64,000 bases of DNA. Source: Candidatus Latescibacterota bacterium. Lineage in GTDB: Bacteria > Latescibacterota > UBA2968 > UBA8231. This document shows positions 60,597-64,000 of the stretch, one piece after another. Both the position numbers and the translations under genes were made by a program. The notes under the pieces were generated by a model. It worked only from the letters and a program-made list of their open reading frames with translations, was not told the DNA's origin and searched no databases. How positions within the stretch are numbered: the stretch's first letter is position 1; every line of letters starts with the position of its first letter. The stretch is from assembly GCA_963422735.1 (NCBI GenBank), contig OY730476.1, positions 1,312,001 to 1,376,000 on the forward strand, read 5' to 3'.

Positions 60597-60814
60597 GAAA
60601 AGGAACTGCACCGATCTCAGATCCCACTACTTAGCCCAATCAATATCGATGTCAGAAGTGTATGAGTATTTATATTCATACACAGCAAAATAAGTAGATT
60701 GCTCTCTGAGGATAAAGTGAGATTGTACTTACATTTTAGAGTACGATTTTCATTTTTCGAGAATAAGGAGAATCCACAAGTGAACCCCACTTCCTGATGG
60801 GAGTGTGATAACTA

Positions 60815-61366
60815 CTATTCTGGCATATTGACACTTATCGTAAAGAGGCTATCGCTAGTAGAATCGCGTTTGTTGGCTTTTATATTTTTATCCTTTGCCT
60901 TAGACAATGCGACACGCATTCCATCAATCAAGCGCGTCGCCTTTTCTAATTCTTTTTCAATGCCTACTAATTCTCTTAGCATTTCCATTCGACCTTTCTT
61001 GGTGTGAAATTTTTCTGTCTCTCGAAAGAAGCGGTGAATCAGGAAATTTCTTTTTTGAAGGGCATTGTCCAAGCACTGCTCAATGGTATTATCATGGATC
61101 GCTACATGTTTTCTTAATTCCTTAAGTAATGCTCCGCTCGTTTTTTGCTCGATCTTTGTCTCAATATTCTCAAAATCCTGTAGAGTTAAAGATTTTTTGA
61201 AAATTTTATGGTAAACTAGCAGAAACTTGCCAAGTGCATCTTCAAAAAAATAACTATGCTGAGCCGCTGACCCAAAACATGCAAAAACAGCATTGAGCTG
61301 ACCTTCCTCGGATTCTAACATTCTAATTGACTCGCTCGTGTACCCTTTTTCCCTAAATGTATTCAT
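60815..61366 (-). CDS. Hypothetical protein in an AT-rich patch
   Basis: 183-aa open frame; helical, with KRNFLIHRFF (Rx4H-like) motif. Confidence 0.7.
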   Translation of the reverse strand: MNTFREKGYTSESIRMLESEEGQLNAVFACFGSAAQHSYFFEDALGKFLLVYHKIFKKSLTLQDFENIETKIEQKTSGALLKELRKHVAIHDNTIEQCLDNALQKRNFLIHRFFRETEKFHTKKGRMEMLRELVGIEKELEKATRLIDGMRVALSKAKDKNIKANKRDSTSDSLFTISVNMPE

Positions 61367-61451
61367 TTCTTTAATCCATGAGATGACTCCCCTTATGAGT
61401 AAACGTTAATAATGAACAGCAAGGGGATTCACAAGCCATTTGATCCCTCTG

Positions 61452-62984
61452 CTAACGACTAAGCAGCGTCGGTCGCTGCCAGCGGACATCGTCGCACGCG
61501 GGATGGTCGCGGTTGTAGTGGACGCCGCGGCTTTCCAAACGCTGCCGTGCCGAGCGGGCAATAAGCTGAGCCACGGTCGCCAAGTTGCGTAGCTGTACAA
61601 GCTCGGCATCGAGCCGGTGCTCGCTGTACAAAGCTCCAATTTCTCGCGCCATCCGCTCGGTCTCCTCACAAGCCCGCTGCAAGCCTCGGTCGCTGCGTAC
61701 GATCCCCACTTCGTCCCACATCAAGTGCCGCAGCAACTCCCGCCGCTCCTCCAGCGCATCGTGCGCAACGGCATCGCCCGCATGCGCCATCTCGAACCGG
61801 CCCGCCACCACGGGCGCGACTGTCCTAACGTGCTCGACAGCCCGCCGCGCAAAGACCAACCCTTCCAACAGCGAATTGCTCGCCAGCCGGTTGGCCCCCT
61901 GGAACCCGCTCATCGCCACCTCGCCGGCCGCGTATAGGCCCGCGATATCCGTCTGGCCGTGTGCATCCGTCCACACCCCACCGCAGCTATAGTGAGCCGC
62001 GGGTACCACCGGGATCGGCGTCTCGGTCATGTCCACGCCTATCCCCAGACAATGCTGATAGATGTTGGGGAAGCGGCGGCGGGTCTGGGCGGCGTCTTGG
62101 CCAGTGGCGTCCAAATAGACGCACGCGGCACCGCTTTGCTGCATCTGCGCGACAATGGCCCGCGAGACCACATCGCGCGTCTGCAACGGGTCGGTGAAGG
62201 CCGCGCCGCGCTCGTCGATCAGCACGGCACCAAACCCGCGCAAAGCCTCAGTAATCAGGAACGAGGGCCGCCCCGGATCGTAGAGCATGGTCGGGTGGAA
62301 CTGCATAAACTCCATGTTGCCCACCATAGCTCCGGCTCGCCAAGCCATGGCGATCCCATCGCCGGAAGCCACGCACGGGTTGGTGGTGTGCAAAAAAACC
62401 TGCCCGCAGCCGCCTGTGGCCAGCAGCGTAACCGGCGCGAAGGCGGCGATGGGCGCGGCTTGCTCTGAGTCCAATACCCAAGCTCCATAGCAACGCCGTT
62501 GATCGTCCACGATCAGGTCCACGGCCAAATGGTGATCGTACAGGGACACCTGCGGCAGGGCTTGCACGGCCGCGACCAAGGCGCGCGTCACCTCGCGACC
62601 GGTCATGTCGTCCGCATGCACGACCCGCGCATGCGCGTGGCCCCCTTCGCGCCCCAACGCCAACACCCCGGGCCGCGCTTGGTTGAACTGCGCACCAATC
62701 GCCAACAGCTCGTCCACTACCTCCGGCCCTTCGGCTACCACCCCCTCGACGACCGCGCGGTCGCACAGGCCAGCGCCCGCCGCGAGCGTGTCCTGCGCGT
62801 GGCGGGCGACCGAATCGGCCGCATCCATGGCCGCGGCAATGCCGCCTTGCGCGTACTGGGTATTGGACTCGCCCCGCTCGCGCTTGGTCACCACGGCCAC
62901 GGACCCGTGCTGAGCGGCTTTGAGAGCAAAGAACAAACCAGCAATACCGCTGCCGAGAACGAGATAATCCGCCTCGATTTTCAT
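61452..62984 (-). CDS. nadB: L-aspartate oxidase
   Basis: GSGIAGL, AQGGIA, REGGH, QFHPT, LITEALRG, PAAHYSCGG, GANRLASNSLLEG, ESRGVH. Confidence 0.95.
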   Translation of the reverse strand: MKIEADYLVLGSGIAGLFFALKAAQHGSVAVVTKRERGESNTQYAQGGIAAAMDAADSVARHAQDTLAAGAGLCDRAVVEGVVAEGPEVVDELLAIGAQFNQARPGVLALGREGGHAHARVVHADDMTGREVTRALVAAVQALPQVSLYDHHLAVDLIVDDQRRCYGAWVLDSEQAAPIAAFAPVTLLATGGCGQVFLHTTNPCVASGDGIAMAWRAGAMVGNMEFMQFHPTMLYDPGRPSFLITEALRGFGAVLIDERGAAFTDPLQTRDVVSRAIVAQMQQSGAACVYLDATGQDAAQTRRRFPNIYQHCLGIGVDMTETPIPVVPAAHYSCGGVWTDAHGQTDIAGLYAAGEVAMSGFQGANRLASNSLLEGLVFARRAVEHVRTVAPVVAGRFEMAHAGDAVAHDALEERRELLRHLMWDEVGIVRSDRGLQRACEETERMAREIGALYSEHRLDAELVQLRNLATVAQLIARSARQRLESRGVHYNRDHPACDDVRWQRPTLLSR

Positions 62985-64000
62985 TTGATAAAGACCATTT
63001 TTTTGGCGTGGGCAATTGGCCCGACGCGCAACACATAGTAATACATGCCACTAGCCACGCGCTCGCCCCGCTCGTCGCGGCCATCCCAAGAGGTGCTGTA
63101 CAATCCCGGAGCCGCCAAGTCCTCGACCAAGTGCCGCACCAAGCCGCCGGTCGAGGTGCGGACTTCCAGTTCGACCATGGTCTGGCCGGCGACAATGGGG
63201 TCGTTGATCCCGATCTGATAGTCGATCTGCGTAGCCTCGTTGAACGGGTTGGGGTAATTCTGTCCCAAGGCAAAGTCCAAGGGTACGCGCGGGTCGAAGT
63301 TGAGGAAGGGCCGCCAGCTAACATCGCCGCTGATCCGGGCCTCGATCCAGCTCTCGTCGGTTTGCCCCCACCAATTGTTGATCGCCTGCAGCGGTTGCTT
63401 GGAGCGGTTGTCGAGCAATTGCTCGCTATCTTGAACGCCGTTCAAGACCAGTCGCGCCGGCACTACGCTCCCCTCCACCTGCAGAGCCAACGTATTGCGG
63501 GTGAATTGATTGCGGACGATACGCGGCCGCGCGCTTCTAGACCAAAGGCCGACCTCGTGATTGTACAGCGCGTTGCCCTCGATTTCGACTTCTCGCGTCT
63601 CCACGCAGTAAATCCCGATGCCTCCGGCAAACGCATTGCCCATCACCTTGCCGCTGGCCCCCCGCCCCAAGACCAAGTTGGCCTCTTCAGGCGCGGCCGA
63701 GCCGTTGGCGTTGAAGCGGCTATCGAGCAACGACAAAAACCCGCCCTCGCGCCAGAGGCCAGCGCGACCATTGGCGCGCAGCTCGGCTTGGTTTATCCGC
63801 GTCAAGCCCCGGCCTGCAATCCAAATGCCTACCTCACCTGCCGCTTCGACCTGTACGCCATTAAAGCGGATCTCTTCGTCAACCGCCCCTAAGCGAATGC
63901 CATCCGCGCTAGCTTGGTGGACTTCCACCTCTTCCAAGGTCAAGGCTTGGTCGAGCTTCTCGGCCAATAGACCATAGCGGGCGTGTTCGATGCGGGCGCG
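62981..64000 (-). CDS. C-terminal part of a beta-helix protein with FlgD Ig-like domain; 5' end outside window
   Basis: NNWWG, LGQNYPNPFN..T.I.Y, WDGRDERGERVASGMY. Confidence 0.85.
   Translation of the reverse strand, partial: RARIEHARYGLLAEKLDQALTLEEVEVHQASADGIRLGAVDEEIRFNGVQVEAAGEVGIWIAGRGLTRINQAELRANGRAGLWREGGFLSLLDSRFNANGSAAPEEANLVLGRGASGKVMGNAFAGGIGIYCVETREVEIEGNALYNHEVGLWSRSARPRIVRNQFTRNTLALQVEGSVVPARLVLNGVQDSEQLLDNRSKQPLQAINNWWGQTDESWIEARISGDVSWRPFLNFDPRVPLDFALGQNYPNPFNEATQIDYQIGINDPIVAGQTMVELEVRTSTGGLVRHLVEDLAAPGLYSTSWDGRDERGERVASGMYYYVLRVGPIAHAKKMVFIK

Noticed and set aside
62248-63892. ORFs 62248-63324 (-) and 63008-63892 (+)
   Set aside because: Alternative or antisense frames of nadB and the FlgD-domain gene

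Overview
GC-rich bacterial chromosomal window with about 45 intact genes, about 11 decayed genes and several small non-autonomous repeats. No rRNA, tRNA or CRISPR array was seen. Gene content (six Gfo/Idh/MocA oxidoreductases, two PhyH dioxygenases including a PhyH-HEAT fusion, a CRTAC1/ASPIC plus TPR pair, a FlgD-Ig protein, Uma2, small tail-anchored coiled-coil proteins) resembles Latescibacterota/Poribacteria-like marine or host-associated lineages; this is inference only. Main loci: amtB, recQ, phoX, birA with Na+-translocating decarboxylase oadG-oadB-oadA, hydroxyacid-oxoacid transhydrogenase, hisI, an NAD salvage operon (pncA-pncB-aminotransferase-nadE), an ABC exporter with DUF1854, an MFP plus two-RND operon, nrfHA, tyrS, MNT-HEPN, guaA and nadB. 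The strongest unannotated signal is a complete ribosome-mediated transcription attenuator in front of tyrS: promoter, Tyr-rich leader peptide (MQTLRTDRRYLYYTAFHREG), alternative 1:2 / 2:3 / 3:4 helices and an intrinsic terminator, with no T-box. Other notable items are a MITE inserted into a start codon, REP-carrying MITE mosaics, a CXXCH-type NrfA, a DUF151 nuclease with a lipobox, and an apparent CCAG/CTGG-to-CTAG mutational signature. All calls are by-eye motif recognition; no searches or folding were run.
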